A stretch of 57,068 nt of DNA, from contig JAVBPM010000051.1 of NCBI GenBank assembly GCA_031549605.1, forward strand, positions 1 through 57,068, in the 5' to 3' direction. The position numbers were made by a program, and so were the translations under genes. Source of the stretch: Oscillospiraceae bacterium. Lineage in GTDB: Bacteria > Bacillota > Clostridia > Oscillospirales > UBA929. The first letter of the stretch is position 1. Every line of letters begins with the position of its first letter. Below, piece by piece: positions 19,025 to 28,226 of the stretch. Under the pieces are notes generated by a model, which had not been told where the DNA came from, ran no database searches, and saw only the letters and a list, made by a program, of their open reading frames with translations.

Positions 19025-21155
19025 AGGCGATGATTTGGGAGTCGTCCACCTTTTTCTCAAATTTGTGGTAGAGGCGGTGCAGCGGGTGGTAGAGCACCGG
19101 CCCGAGCAGAAGAAAGATGACGAAAAACCAGCAAAGGGTCACCATGTCGCGCGACAGTGTGCTGTACTCGACGCCCGAGATGGCCTCGCGCATGGCGCTG
19201 ATGGCGTAGGAAAACGGCATGAGCCAGTGGATGGCCTGGAAGAAGCCGGGCGCTACTTGAATGGGGAAGGTGCCGCCCGACGCTGTCAGCTGCAGCAACA
19301 TGAAGATGATGGCGACGGCCTTGCCGATATTGCCCATCAGCGCGACCAGCACATAGACAATCATGCTGAACAGCACTGAGTAGAACATGCCCAGTCCTAT
19401 GAACAGCAGGGGCTCGGCGGCCTTGACACCGAGCAGCAGCAGGTCGCCGACCGTGATAATCAGACCCTGCAACAGTCCGGTGCACAAGAAGAGCAGGTAC
19501 TTGCCCCAGTAGACCTGCATGGTTGAGGCCGGCTGGTCGTAGTTATGGGCGCGCGTGCGGAAGAGGGCACCCATGAACAGTGCGCCAACCCAGATGGCCA
19601 GCACGGTGTAGAAGGGCGTCAGCCCCGTGCCGTAGTTGGCCATGGCGTAAAGTCGGTGGGCATTGAGCTGTATGGGTGAGGCGACAAAGTCGCCCTCGGC
19701 GTTGATGTTGCCGGCCAGTAGGGTCGTCAGGCTGTCGATGTCGAGTTGGTGGCCAAACAGGCGCAGCTTGTCGGCCATCAGCTTGACGGCGGTGTTGAAG
19801 GTCTTGAGCTGTTTGTGCAGCGCTGTCAGCGTGTCGACCGAGATGCTGCCGTCGCCGCGCGCGGCGGCCAGAAAGCTGTCGGCCTTTCCGACAAGCTCCT
19901 TGGCGTTGGCGAGATAGCTGTTCATCGCGGCGACGTAGGAGCTGGCGCCCGACAGCTGGCTTTGCAGGCCGGCGGCCGCTTGCTGGCTGAGGAAAAGGCT
20001 GAGGGTATTGAACTGGCTGCCGACGTGGTCGGCCATGCCCTGCAGGTCGTGCAGCAGCGCGCCGAGGTCGTTTTGGCTGTCCAGCCGGCCTTTGACGTCG
20101 GTCAGCTGGGCTGACAGGCTGGTCAGCCGCGCCAGCATATCGTCGGTCATCTGGCGGATGTAATTGTCGACGGCGGTGTCTTTGGAAAAGGCGTCGCGCA
20201 CTGTTTTGAGACTGGCGGCTACGCCGTTGGCGTCTTGAATGAGTGTGGTCACGTCCTGGTCGGCCAGCGGCTTGCCCCAATCGAGCGCGCCAACCATGCC
20301 GTCGAGGCGCAGCGAGATGTCGGAAAAGTTTTGGCTGAGCATCAGTACGTCGCTTTGCAGCTGCGGGTCGATTTGGTCAATCAGCGCACCGGCGTCGGTC
20401 AGCTGCTTGGTGAACTGGGTGTTGATGCTGAGCAGGGTGTTGAGGAAGTTGCAGAGCAGCTGGGCGTCGTCGCTGTTGTTGTCCAGTGTGACAAGACCGT
20501 TCTTTGCGTCGGTCAGCAGGCGGTCGATGGCGGCGTCGACGGTGGGAAAGGTGTCGACTGTATCAAACAGCGAGCCAAACAGCGTCTCGACGCTGGCGGC
20601 GTCGATGCCGGTGTTGTTAAGCTGCGTCAACAGCTTTTGCACCACGGTGTTGAGCAGCGTGGCGGTGATTTCCTTTTGCAGCGAGTCGGCCACCGAGTTG
20701 GTTATTTTGGGCGCGACGGCGTTTTCTTTTTCGTTGACGTAGTATTCAATGGTCGGCTTGACCGGCGTCTGATCCAGAATGGTGGTGACGTTATGCGAGA
20801 AGCTCTCGGGGATAATCAGCGCGGCGTAGATGTCGCCCTTGCGCACCATGTCGATGGCGACAAGGGGGTCGGTGTCGACGAAAAACTGCCAGCCCACCTT
20901 GTCATTGTCTTTGAGCGCGTTGACCGTCTCGGCACCGATACTGAAGCTCTCGCCGCCGAAGCTGTAGCCCTTGTCGTTGTTGACGACGGCGACCTTGAGT
21001 CCTTTGAGGTTGCTGTACGGGTCCCACGACGCGCGAATGTTGAGCCAAGCGTAGAGGGCGGGCAAAACCACCATGCCAAAGAGAATGACAATCATGGCCC
21101 AGTTGGAAACCAGTTTGACCACGTCGGACTTGAAAATCTTGAAGGGTGTCAGCAT
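19023..21155 (-). CDS. YhgE/Pip domain membrane protein
   Basis: LP.LYAW.NI.ASWDPY.N, VAVVN.D.G, YYVNEK.NAVAPKIT, NYG..LTPFYT.LAIWVG, GGTFP, PF.YAI.AMRE. Confidence 0.92.
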   Translation of the reverse strand: MLTPFKIFKSDVVKLVSNWAMIVILFGMVVLPALYAWLNIRASWDPYSNLKGLKVAVVNNDKGYSFGGESFSIGAETVNALKDNDKVGWQFFVDTDPLVAIDMVRKGDIYAALIIPESFSHNVTTILDQTPVKPTIEYYVNEKENAVAPKITNSVADSLQKEITATLLNTVVQKLLTQLNNTGIDAASVETLFGSLFDTVDTFPTVDAAIDRLLTDAKNGLVTLDNNSDDAQLLCNFLNTLLSINTQFTKQLTDAGALIDQIDPQLQSDVLMLSQNFSDISLRLDGMVGALDWGKPLADQDVTTLIQDANGVAASLKTVRDAFSKDTAVDNYIRQMTDDMLARLTSLSAQLTDVKGRLDSQNDLGALLHDLQGMADHVGSQFNTLSLFLSQQAAAGLQSQLSGASSYVAAMNSYLANAKELVGKADSFLAAARGDGSISVDTLTALHKQLKTFNTAVKLMADKLRLFGHQLDIDSLTTLLAGNINAEGDFVASPIQLNAHRLYAMANYGTGLTPFYTVLAIWVGALFMGALFRTRAHNYDQPASTMQVYWGKYLLFLCTGLLQGLIITVGDLLLLGVKAAEPLLFIGLGMFYSVLFSMIVYVLVALMGNIGKAVAIIFMLLQLTASGGTFPIQVAPGFFQAIHWLMPFSYAISAMREAISGVEYSTLSRDMVTLCWFFVIFLLLGPVLYHPLHRLYHKFEKKVDDSQIIA

Positions 21156-21183
21156 GCGGTGAATCTCTCCTTGTTACCCTAAA

Positions 21184-22032
21184 TCAGGCGGCTGGGTCGC
21201 GGTTGGGTCGCACGAGGCAGAACCAGTAGACGGCGGCAATCAGCAGACCGCCGCCGACAATGTTGCCCAGCGTAACGGGCAGCAGGTTGCCGGTCAGAAA
21301 CTGCGACCAGTCGAGCGCGTCGAGCTGTTGCTGCGACACGCCCAGCGCCAGCGCCTTGTCGGCGTAGGCCGTTGTCTGCTTGGCAATGATGCCGGCGGGT
21401 ATGTAGTACATGTTGGCGACGCTGTGTTCAAAGCCGCTGGTGATAAACATCCAGATGGGAAAAAAGCAGGCCAGCAGCTTGCCGGTGACGTCCTTGGCCG
21501 AAACGGCCATCCAGACAGCCAAACAGACCAGCAGGTTGCACAGAACGCCCATGGCAAAGGCCTGTGTAAAGGTGAGTGTTGCCTTGTAGACCGCCACCTT
21601 GATGGTGTAGCCGCCCAGCAGACCGGCCGAGAAATTCCACTGGCCCGACAGCGCAATCAGCGCCACGATAAGCAGCGATCCGAGGAAATTGCCGACGTAG
21701 ACAAAGCCCCAGTTTCTCAGCAGGGCGGGTAGCTTGATTTGGCGCGACAATAGTGGCAGGATGAGCAGACAGTTGCCGGTAAACAGCTCGCTGCCGGTCA
21801 GCACGACCAGCATGAGTCCGGTGGGAAAAATCAGGCCGGCCAACGTGCGCGCCAGGCCGACGTTTTGGATGTCGTGAATGGCCAGATTGGAGACTTCGCC
21901 GGCCAGCGCGATAAAGGCGCCGGCCATGACGGCCAGCAGCAGCATGGGCAGCGCGGCCAGCCTGGTCTTGGCCGGATACTGTTGATCGATAAAACGAGCC
22001 GTTTCCACCGGCTTGAGCATACGCGACTCCAT
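21184..22032 (-). CDS. Formate/nitrite transporter (FNT) family
   Basis: AGAFIAL, G.ELFTGN, GN..G, CN.LVCLAVW, GFEHSVANM, VTLGNIVGG. Confidence 0.93.
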   Translation of the reverse strand: MESRMLKPVETARFIDQQYPAKTRLAALPMLLLAVMAGAFIALAGEVSNLAIHDIQNVGLARTLAGLIFPTGLMLVVLTGSELFTGNCLLILPLLSRQIKLPALLRNWGFVYVGNFLGSLLIVALIALSGQWNFSAGLLGGYTIKVAVYKATLTFTQAFAMGVLCNLLVCLAVWMAVSAKDVTGKLLACFFPIWMFITSGFEHSVANMYYIPAGIIAKQTTAYADKALALGVSQQQLDALDWSQFLTGNLLPVTLGNIVGGGLLIAAVYWFCLVRPNRDPAA

Positions 22033-22101
22033 AACGGCACCCCTCTCTAATTGTAAGTCAGTATACACTATTTTTAGACAAATAGAAAGAGAAATGATGT
22101 A

Positions 22102-22620
22102 TTAGCGCGTAAAAATGCTGCCGCCTTGTGCGTCAATGCCGACAATAAGCGGCATGTCCTTGACTGTCAAGCGACGAATGGCCTCGCAGCCCAGCTCGGG
22201 GTAGGCGACCAGCTTGACGGCGGTAACGCAGCGCGCCAGCAGCGCGCCGGCGCCGCCGACGGCGCAGAGGTAGACAGCGCCGGTTTCGCGCTGTGCGGCG
22301 CAGACCTCGGCGCTACGGTTGCCCTTGCCGATGGTGGCGGCGACACCGGCGCGCAGCAGTGCCGGTGTGAAGGCGTCCATGCGCGATGACGTTGTTGGGC
22401 CGCAGGCGCCGATGATGCGACCGGGCGGCGTCGGCGTCGGGCCGGCGTAGTAGATGGCGGCGTCGCGCAGGGCAAAAGGCAGCGGCCGGCCGGCGGCCAG
22501 CGCCGCCGTCAGCGCCACGTGGGCGGCGTCGCGCGCGGTGTAGATGTCGCCCGACAACAGCAGTTGCTCGCCGGCGCGCAGGTCGGCGTGCCGCAGTTGA
22601 CACACGTCAATGCTTCTCAT
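22102..22620 (-). CDS. Fe-S hydro-lyase (class I fumarase/tartrate dehydratase) beta subunit
   Basis: L.G.IYTARDAAH, IYYAGP, GPTTS.RM, IGKG.R, Y.ELG.EAI, ID..G. Confidence 0.9.
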   Translation of the reverse strand: MRSIDVCQLRHADLRAGEQLLLSGDIYTARDAAHVALTAALAAGRPLPFALRDAAIYYAGPTPTPPGRIIGACGPTTSSRMDAFTPALLRAGVAATIGKGNRSAEVCAAQRETGAVYLCAVGGAGALLARCVTAVKLVAYPELGCEAIRRLTVKDMPLIVGIDAQGGSIFTR

Positions 22621-22637
22621 AGCGCCTCCTAAAAATC

Positions 22638-22664
22638 AAAATCCCCGATCAACTCGGGGATTTT
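22638..22664 (-). terminator. Intrinsic terminator
   Basis: AAAATCCCCGA / TCGGGGATTTT hairpin, followed by T's on the minus strand. Confidence 0.7.
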
Positions 22665-22668
22665 GTGT

Positions 22669-23574
22669 TTACTCAAGTGTGTCCTCCAGCTCCAGCGGTG
22701 TGGCCACGCCCTCGGGTCGCACGGCGTCGACCTGCCGCGCCACAATGTCGAGCATTTCGGGCGTGCTGTTGAGCATTTCGAGAAAGTGGTTGGCGCGTAC
22801 GGCAATCTGTGCCGTTTCCTGCAGTGTCTGCGCCTTGACGCCGCGTAGCACCTCTTGGGCGTCGCGCAACAGCTCCTCCAGCGCCAGACGGATTTGCGCC
22901 GCGTTGAAGCGCGCTTCGCGCTCAATGGCCTCGGCGCGGTGGTAGGCCAGCGTTTCGGCGTCGTTGCCGTCGCTCATCTTCTGCTCCAGCAGCAGCAGCG
23001 CCTTGGACAGCTCGGAGACTTGGCCGCGCAAGGCGTCGGCCTCCTGCTTGGCGACAATGGCTTCGCTGCTTTGCGAGTGCAGTCTGCGTTCCAGCTGCTC
23101 GCGCAAGTCGATGTGTGCGTCAATCTGGCTGCCGAGCCGACGCACTTCAAATTCAAGATCCTTAATTTGGTTGAGGCTTTCGAGGTCGGGTTCGAGGGCG
23201 ATGGGCTGTAGCTGTGGCACCTCGACTACTTTTTCCACGACGCGTTCGACGGGCACGTGCACGATTTTTTCAACCGGCACCTCGACGATTTTCTCGACAA
23301 TGCGCTCGACGGGCACCTGTACAACTCGTTCGACCGGCACCTCGATGACCTTGGTGTCGCCGGCGGGTGCCGCCACGGCGCCGCCGCGTTTGAGCAGGGC
23401 GTTTTCGTCGGCCAGTCGCAGGTGTTCTTGTTGCAGTGTGGTTAGCTGCTCGCGCATCTTCTCCATTTCGCGGCGATGAGCCATGTGCAGCTTGGTGATA
23501 TAGTCGGTTACGTCTTTTTTGTCAAAGCCGCCCAAGGCGCTGCGAAACAGGTGCGACGGCAGTTTCGGCTCCAC
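22669..23574 (-). CDS. DivIVA-like coiled-coil protein with internal V/E/P-rich repeats
   Basis: N-terminal FRSALGGFDKKDV.DYI (DivIVA-like) followed by long coiled coils. Confidence 0.7.
   Translation of the reverse strand: MEPKLPSHLFRSALGGFDKKDVTDYITKLHMAHRREMEKMREQLTTLQQEHLRLADENALLKRGGAVAAPAGDTKVIEVPVERVVQVPVERIVEKIVEVPVEKIVHVPVERVVEKVVEVPQLQPIALEPDLESLNQIKDLEFEVRRLGSQIDAHIDLREQLERRLHSQSSEAIVAKQEADALRGQVSELSKALLLLEQKMSDGNDAETLAYHRAEAIEREARFNAAQIRLALEELLRDAQEVLRGVKAQTLQETAQIAVRANHFLEMLNSTPEMLDIVARQVDAVRPEGVATPLELEDTLE
23213..23350 (-). repeat. Intragenic (E/Q/H)VPVE(R/K)(I/V)V repeats
   Basis: IEVPVERVVQVPVERIVEKIVEVPVEKIVHVPVERVVEKVVEVPQ. Confidence 0.85.
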
Positions 23575-23605
23575 ACATAGCCCTCCTTTGTTTTATTTTG
23601 CGCGG

Positions 23606-23923
23606 TTAGAGGTAGCGCTCAAGCACTTTGGAAAAGGCGGCCTTGGATTGAACGCCGACCATGCGCTCGACCTCCTTGCCGTTTTGGAACAGCAGCAGTG
23701 TGGGAATGCTCATGACGCCATGCTGTGCGGCGATGGGGCCGTTGTCGTCGACGTTGAGCTTGCCAACAGACACCCGACCGACAAAATCGGTCGCCAACTC
23801 CTCGACGACGGGGCCAACCATGCGGCAGGGCCCGCACCACGGCGCCCAAAAGTCGATGAGCGCCAGGCCGTTGGCGGTGAACTCGGCGAAGTTTTGGGTG
23901 GTGACTTGCATTACGTTATTCAT
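23606..23923 (-). CDS. trxA: Thioredoxin
   Basis: DFWAPWCGPC, VMSIPT. Confidence 0.96.
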   Translation of the reverse strand: MNNVMQVTTQNFAEFTANGLALIDFWAPWCGPCRMVGPVVEELATDFVGRVSVGKLNVDDNGPIAAQHGVMSIPTLLLFQNGKEVERMVGVQSKAAFSKVLERYL

Positions 23924-23997
23924 AGTAATCCTCCTGCATTCGTGATGTCGTTATCAGCCTATCACAAACAGGGTAAAGTATACGCCCGATAGCGAAC

Positions 23998-24026
23998 AGC
24001 ATATCACGCGCGGTGCTAATTGTCAA
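23998..24026 (-). promoter_or_regulatory. Sigma-A promoter of trxA
   Basis: Minus strand TTGACA-17 bp-TATGCT. Confidence 0.7.
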
Positions 24027-24036
24027 CATTTGTCGC

Positions 24037-25731
24037 TTAGGTTATGTCACCCAACCAGCGCAGCAGACAGCGGTTGAGCAGGTGCATGTCGATGGGCTTG
24101 GAAATGTAGTCGTTGAAGCCGGCGTCGAGCAGCATTTGCTCGGTGCCGCTGATGGCGTTGGCGGTTAGCGCGACAACGGGTACAGCCGCGTTGTGGCCGC
24201 CCAGCGCGCGGATGGCGGCGGTTGTTTCAATACCATCCATATCGGGCATCATTTGGTCCATGAAAATGAGGTCGTAGCGTTTTTGGGTAACGGCCTCGAG
24301 CGCCAGCTTGCCCGACAGCACCAAATCGGGGTGGATACCATACTCGCTGAGCAGCGCTTCGGCGACCATGAGGTTAATGTCGATGTCGTCTACAACCAGC
24401 ACGTTGAGGTGTTGACCACCGCTGAATACTTGCGTCGAGCGCTGCTGCTGGGGCGCTTGGCCCAGCGCGACGGGCAGCGTGACGGTGAAAACCGAGCCGT
24501 GGCCGTACTGGCTTTGTAGGCTGATGTGGCCATCAAGTCGCTCGACGATTTGTCGCGTGATGGCCAGCCCCAGTCCGGTGCCGACGACATTTTTGTTCTT
24601 GCGCAGGTCGAGCTGTTCAAAGGGCATAAACAGCTTGCCGATGTCCTTTTCGCGGATGCCGAGGCCGCTGTCGGAGACGGCGATGGTCAGTGTGCCGTTG
24701 TCATAGCCGACGTCGAGGCGCACCCAGCCTTGTGGCGTGTACTTGATGGCGTTGCTGAGCAGGTTGTTGATGACCTGCCGCAGCCGTGACTCGTCGGAGC
24801 GCAGGTAGCGCGGTACAGTGTCGGCGATGTGACAGGAAAAGGACAGATGCTTGCTTTCGGCGGCGTTGCGCGACAGCGCGGATAGGTGCTCGAGCATTTC
24901 GTAAATGTCAAAATCGGCCAGCACAAAGGACAGCTTGCCGGACTCAATTTTGGAGAAATCGAGGATGTCATTGATGATGGACAGCAGTGACTGTGCCGAT
25001 TTTTCGATGTTGGCCAAATACTTCTCCTGCCGTTCGGTCAGCGCGTCCTGCCGGATGGAACCGAGTAGGCCGAGAATGGCGTTCATGGGTGTACGGATTT
25101 CATGGCTCATGTTGGCGAGAAAGTCAGACTTGGCCAGGTTGGCGCTGACAGCGTCGTCTTTGGCCTTGTACAGCTCGGTGTTGTTGTGGAACGCCAGCAG
25201 TAGGCCGGCCAGCGCGCCGTCGTCGTCGTTTACCGCCAGCAGCTTGACCTCGTAACGGTCAGGGCCGGCCACAATCTCGAGCGTCTGTTGTTTTTCCGTG
25301 TCGCCGGGGCGATGCCACGCCGACAGGCATTGCGATATCTGCGTCTGCAGCGACTCGGAGAATACGGCGGTGCCGTAGTGGGTGACGATGCCTTCAAGGG
25401 ATTGGCCCTGCAGCACCGAGGCGTCGGACACGTTCAGCACCTGGGTGGCCGACTGTGTGCACAGCAGCAGCCGTGCGTCGGCGTCGAAGAAGAAGAGCAC
25501 GTCGGGGTAGGCGGTCAGCAGCAGCTTGACGTACAGCTCCTGTCGCGCCTTCTCCGAGGCGATGTTTTTGTTGATGTCGTTCTGCGTCTGGGCGTTGAGC
25601 ATGAAAACCTGACTGTGGCGCTCGCTCATTTTGAGCTCGCGCTGCAGTCTGTTGATGTCTTTTTCGGCGGCCTTCAGCTTGTCGGCCAGTGCGTTATATT
25701 GCTCGGCGGAAACGGTGTCGCTGTTTGGCAT
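24037..25731 (-). CDS. Cytoplasmic hybrid histidine kinase (coiled coil, PAS-like, HisKA, HATPase, receiver)
   Basis: FLANMSHEIRTPMN, NLLSNAIKYT, DSG.G, GTGLGL, VVDD, MD.MMP.MDG, KP; no TM helix. Confidence 0.93.
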   Translation of the reverse strand: MPNSDTVSAEQYNALADKLKAAEKDINRLQRELKMSERHSQVFMLNAQTQNDINKNIASEKARQELYVKLLLTAYPDVLFFFDADARLLLCTQSATQVLNVSDASVLQGQSLEGIVTHYGTAVFSESLQTQISQCLSAWHRPGDTEKQQTLEIVAGPDRYEVKLLAVNDDDGALAGLLLAFHNNTELYKAKDDAVSANLAKSDFLANMSHEIRTPMNAILGLLGSIRQDALTERQEKYLANIEKSAQSLLSIINDILDFSKIESGKLSFVLADFDIYEMLEHLSALSRNAAESKHLSFSCHIADTVPRYLRSDESRLRQVINNLLSNAIKYTPQGWVRLDVGYDNGTLTIAVSDSGLGIREKDIGKLFMPFEQLDLRKNKNVVGTGLGLAITRQIVERLDGHISLQSQYGHGSVFTVTLPVALGQAPQQQRSTQVFSGGQHLNVLVVDDIDINLMVAEALLSEYGIHPDLVLSGKLALEAVTQKRYDLIFMDQMMPDMDGIETTAAIRALGGHNAAVPVVALTANAISGTEQMLLDAGFNDYISKPIDMHLLNRCLLRWLGDIT

Positions 25732-25759
25732 CAGGCTTGCGCCTCCTATCGACCGTTAC

Positions 25760-26926
25760 TCACAGGATCAGATTGACCAGCGTGTAGTTGTGGAAGCGGT
25801 TGGACGGCATGCCGCTTTGCTGCGAGGTGGGGCAGATTTCGCCGCCGGCGTAGCCGAACATATAGGGTGTTTGCGCCGGCATTTCGGCGGCAAAGGCGTT
25901 GGCTTCCAGCAACGGGTCGCTCTGCATGGCCATGCGCCGGATGATGCAGGAGAACGAGAGCAGGCCGTTGATGGGCTGCCGGGTGACCTGATGGACAAAG
26001 GCACGCGTGCTCTCCAACACGGCCTCTTGCGTGAAGGTCGACAGCTTGACGACCGATTTGACGTCGGCGTTGCCGCGCAGCACGGCGCTGCCGTTGTCGG
26101 TAAATTGCGTCAGCACGCGCATGACGGGCACGCCGTCATAGTCGTCGCGCTTGGTAAAGTCGATGAACAGCGGCATGAAGAGAAAGTTGCTGGCGTCGTC
26201 GCTGCTTTTGGCCAGTCCGATGCTCTTGAAGTAGTCAAAGGCGCTGGTGTTGTTGATGCCGTGGATGATGGGGCCGTCGGCGTCGGTGATTTCGGCCGAG
26301 TAGGGCATCATGTTGCTCTGGTCGATGGTGGCGACGGCAAAGCGCGGGTGAATGTTGCCGTAGCAAAGCACAAAGGGCATACGGCTGGTGTAGTGGCTGC
26401 CGTTGTGCAGCGTCTCGCTCTCGGAAAAGGCGACGGTGTCGTCAAGGGCCAGCGTGCCGAACACGGGCGAGGTCGGTGCCAGCTTTGACCACACGTTGGG
26501 GTAGATGTCGCCGGCGTATTGCAGCAGAAGGGGCGGAAAAGCGAGAATGAGTGCCGGCGGACCACCGGCGTCGTCTGCCGTCTTGGCAAAGGCGGCGGCT
26601 GTCGGACCTTCGACATCGTCTTGCAAGCAGTCGGTCAGGCCGACACGGAAGGTGGCGTCATCGGCGGTGATGACAAAAATGGTCAGCAGCAGTTCGCCGG
26701 TCGCGCCGTGCACCGCCTGTGAGGCAGTGGTAACACCAACTGTTTCAAAGGGCAGGTGGCTGCAAACATAGTCAAGAACGTCGGTGTGGGTGAACTCGGC
26801 ATGACACATGAGGATGCCGACCGAGTGCTCGAGCAGGCCAAAGTCGTCCAGCTGCTGCTGCAGCTGCTGCAGCGCGGCCTCGGCATCGTCCAGCTCAAAG
26901 GTGTGGAGTGAAGTACAGCGTAACAC
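25760..26926 (-). CDS. FIST-domain (NosP-like) sensory protein
   Basis: LPF...G.TT, PVFG..A.D, FSCI.R, Y.GGEICP, FHNYT FIST_C motifs. Confidence 0.85.
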   Translation of the reverse strand: MLRCTSLHTFELDDAEAALQQLQQQLDDFGLLEHSVGILMCHAEFTHTDVLDYVCSHLPFETVGVTTASQAVHGATGELLLTIFVITADDATFRVGLTDCLQDDVEGPTAAAFAKTADDAGGPPALILAFPPLLLQYAGDIYPNVWSKLAPTSPVFGTLALDDTVAFSESETLHNGSHYTSRMPFVLCYGNIHPRFAVATIDQSNMMPYSAEITDADGPIIHGINNTSAFDYFKSIGLAKSSDDASNFLFMPLFIDFTKRDDYDGVPVMRVLTQFTDNGSAVLRGNADVKSVVKLSTFTQEAVLESTRAFVHQVTRQPINGLLSFSCIIRRMAMQSDPLLEANAFAAEMPAQTPYMFGYAGGEICPTSQQSGMPSNRFHNYTLVNLIL

Positions 26927-26996
26927 AAACCCATCTCCTTAAATCCAATATGATGCTATCGGTGCTATTATAACAGCAAGTGTTACAGAATACAAC

Positions 26997-27020
26997 AACC
27001 CCCGCGTGTCCGCGGGGGTT
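26997..27020 (-). terminator. Hairpin, probable terminator after the AraC gene
   Basis: AACCCCCGCG / CGCGGGGGTT. Confidence 0.6.
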
Positions 27021-27053
27021 GACTGCGTCGGTGTCAATGACGGTAAGGTCGTG

Positions 27054-27956
27054 CTATCGTTTCTTCGCCGGCCGCGCCATCTTTGCGCCGTGGGGTGCTG
27101 ATGCGCCAAAATTAAAATAGGGCGCTAGCTCGGGCGCGTATGTCCATCCGTAAGGCTGTGGATCATAGACGGCCATGTGGTCCCAGAGAGCGCCTATGGC
27201 TTGCGCAAAATCCTGCTCATCTTGATAGCAAGGGCCTTGGAAGTAGAGCATGGTGCAAGGCGGCAGCGTAATGATCTCAACGCCGTCTGGCAGAGACTTG
27301 TTGTAGGTTTGCGGCACTTCCACGCCGGCGGCTGTGCGGCCGGTTCCCGGCTTAACGAGATTGTTCGGCAGGGTGAGTAGCGCAGGGGCATCCAGTTTTT
27401 CGGCGATGCTGTTTAGCAGGCCTTCCCACGCGCATCCGACCTCTTGACAAAAGGTCAAATAATCGGTTGCGTTGCTAGCGCGCAGTAGAATCAGTTTTCG
27501 TGCCGATCGTTCAACGGCCGTAACGGTCATGGTGTTCGTTGGCAGGTTTTTTGCCATGGTACTTGCGCCTTCCTTCAGTCGGTAGTAGGCGTCGACAGGA
27601 TGCGGGATGTAATAGGGAACGGCTGGCGTTTCAAGCCGGTACCTGCGCGGTGTCATTGTGAACCGTCGGGCAAAGGCTCGGGTAAACCCGTCATGTGAAT
27701 CAAACCCGCTATCCAAGGCGACAGTCACTACTTTGGCCGTTGAATCGCGCAGTGTTTGCGCTGCCTTGGTCAACCGAAGTGCGCGGATGACTTCAAAGGG
27801 AGTTTGTCCCACCAGTGCTTTGAAGACCCGCGTGGCGTGGTATTTGCTGTAATCGGCAGCTTGGCTCAGCGCTTCCAGCGTGATGTCCTCTTCAAAGTGG
27901 GTTTCAATATATTGCTGCATTTTGCCAACAGCAATAATTTTGTCCGTCATCTCCAT
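27054..27956 (-). CDS. AraC family transcriptional regulator with C-terminal effector (GyrI-like) domain
   Basis: YIE.H..E.ITLE.L, R.FK...G.TP, LRL..AA..L, GF.S...F.RAF. Confidence 0.9.
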   Translation of the reverse strand: MEMTDKIIAVGKMQQYIETHFEEDITLEALSQAADYSKYHATRVFKALVGQTPFEVIRALRLTKAAQTLRDSTAKVVTVALDSGFDSHDGFTRAFARRFTMTPRRYRLETPAVPYYIPHPVDAYYRLKEGASTMAKNLPTNTMTVTAVERSARKLILLRASNATDYLTFCQEVGCAWEGLLNSIAEKLDAPALLTLPNNLVKPGTGRTAAGVEVPQTYNKSLPDGVEIITLPPCTMLYFQGPCYQDEQDFAQAIGALWDHMAVYDPQPYGWTYAPELAPYFNFGASAPHGAKMARPAKKR

Positions 27957-28062
27957 CGTCGACCTCCACTGTCAGCATAGCAGGAAAAGAGAAGGAAAAC
28001 TCGACTGAAATTGCGCAGACGTCAGGTACGGTATGGCGCTCTGATGCGGCCGTGAAAAAACC

Positions 28063-28088
28063 AAGGTGCAGGCCATAACCTGCACCTT
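28063..28088 (-). terminator. Terminator after tRNA-Arg
   Basis: AAGGTGCAGG / CCTGCACCTT stem with a downstream T-tract on the minus strand. Confidence 0.75.
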
Positions 28089-28099
28089 TTGGGATCTTT

Positions 28100-28176
28100 T
28101 GGCACGCCTGGCGGGACTCGAACCCACGGCCTACTGCTTAGAAGGCAGTTGCTCTATCCGGCTGAGCTACAGGCGC
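28100..28176 (-). tRNA. tRNA-Arg (TCT)
   Basis: Reverse complement GCGCCTGTAGCTCAGCCGGATAGAGCAACTGCCT TCT AAGCAGT...GTTCGAGTCCCGCCAGGCGTGCCA. Confidence 0.95.
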
Positions 28177-28187
28177 ACAACGCCTTT

Positions 28188-28216
28188 ATCGTAGCACAGC
28201 GGGTTTGTCTTGTCAA
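28188..28216 (-). promoter_or_regulatory. Sigma-A promoter of tRNA-Arg
   Basis: Minus strand TTGACA-17 bp-TACGAT with extended TG. Confidence 0.75.
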
Positions 28217-28226
28217 CGCAGGGTTC

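Noticed and set aside
19023-21155. Type VII secretion system (EsaA-like YhgE/Pip protein)
   Set aside because: No WXG100, EssB or EssC/FtsK genes in the window
24004-24020. CIRCE operator in the trxA promoter
   Set aside because: Only a TTAGCAC partial half-site; the second arm GAGTGCTAA is absent
26927-28100. Integrated island at the tRNA-Arg 3' end
   Set aside because: No integrase and no duplicated tRNA 3' segment found; only a modestly lower-GC AraC gene
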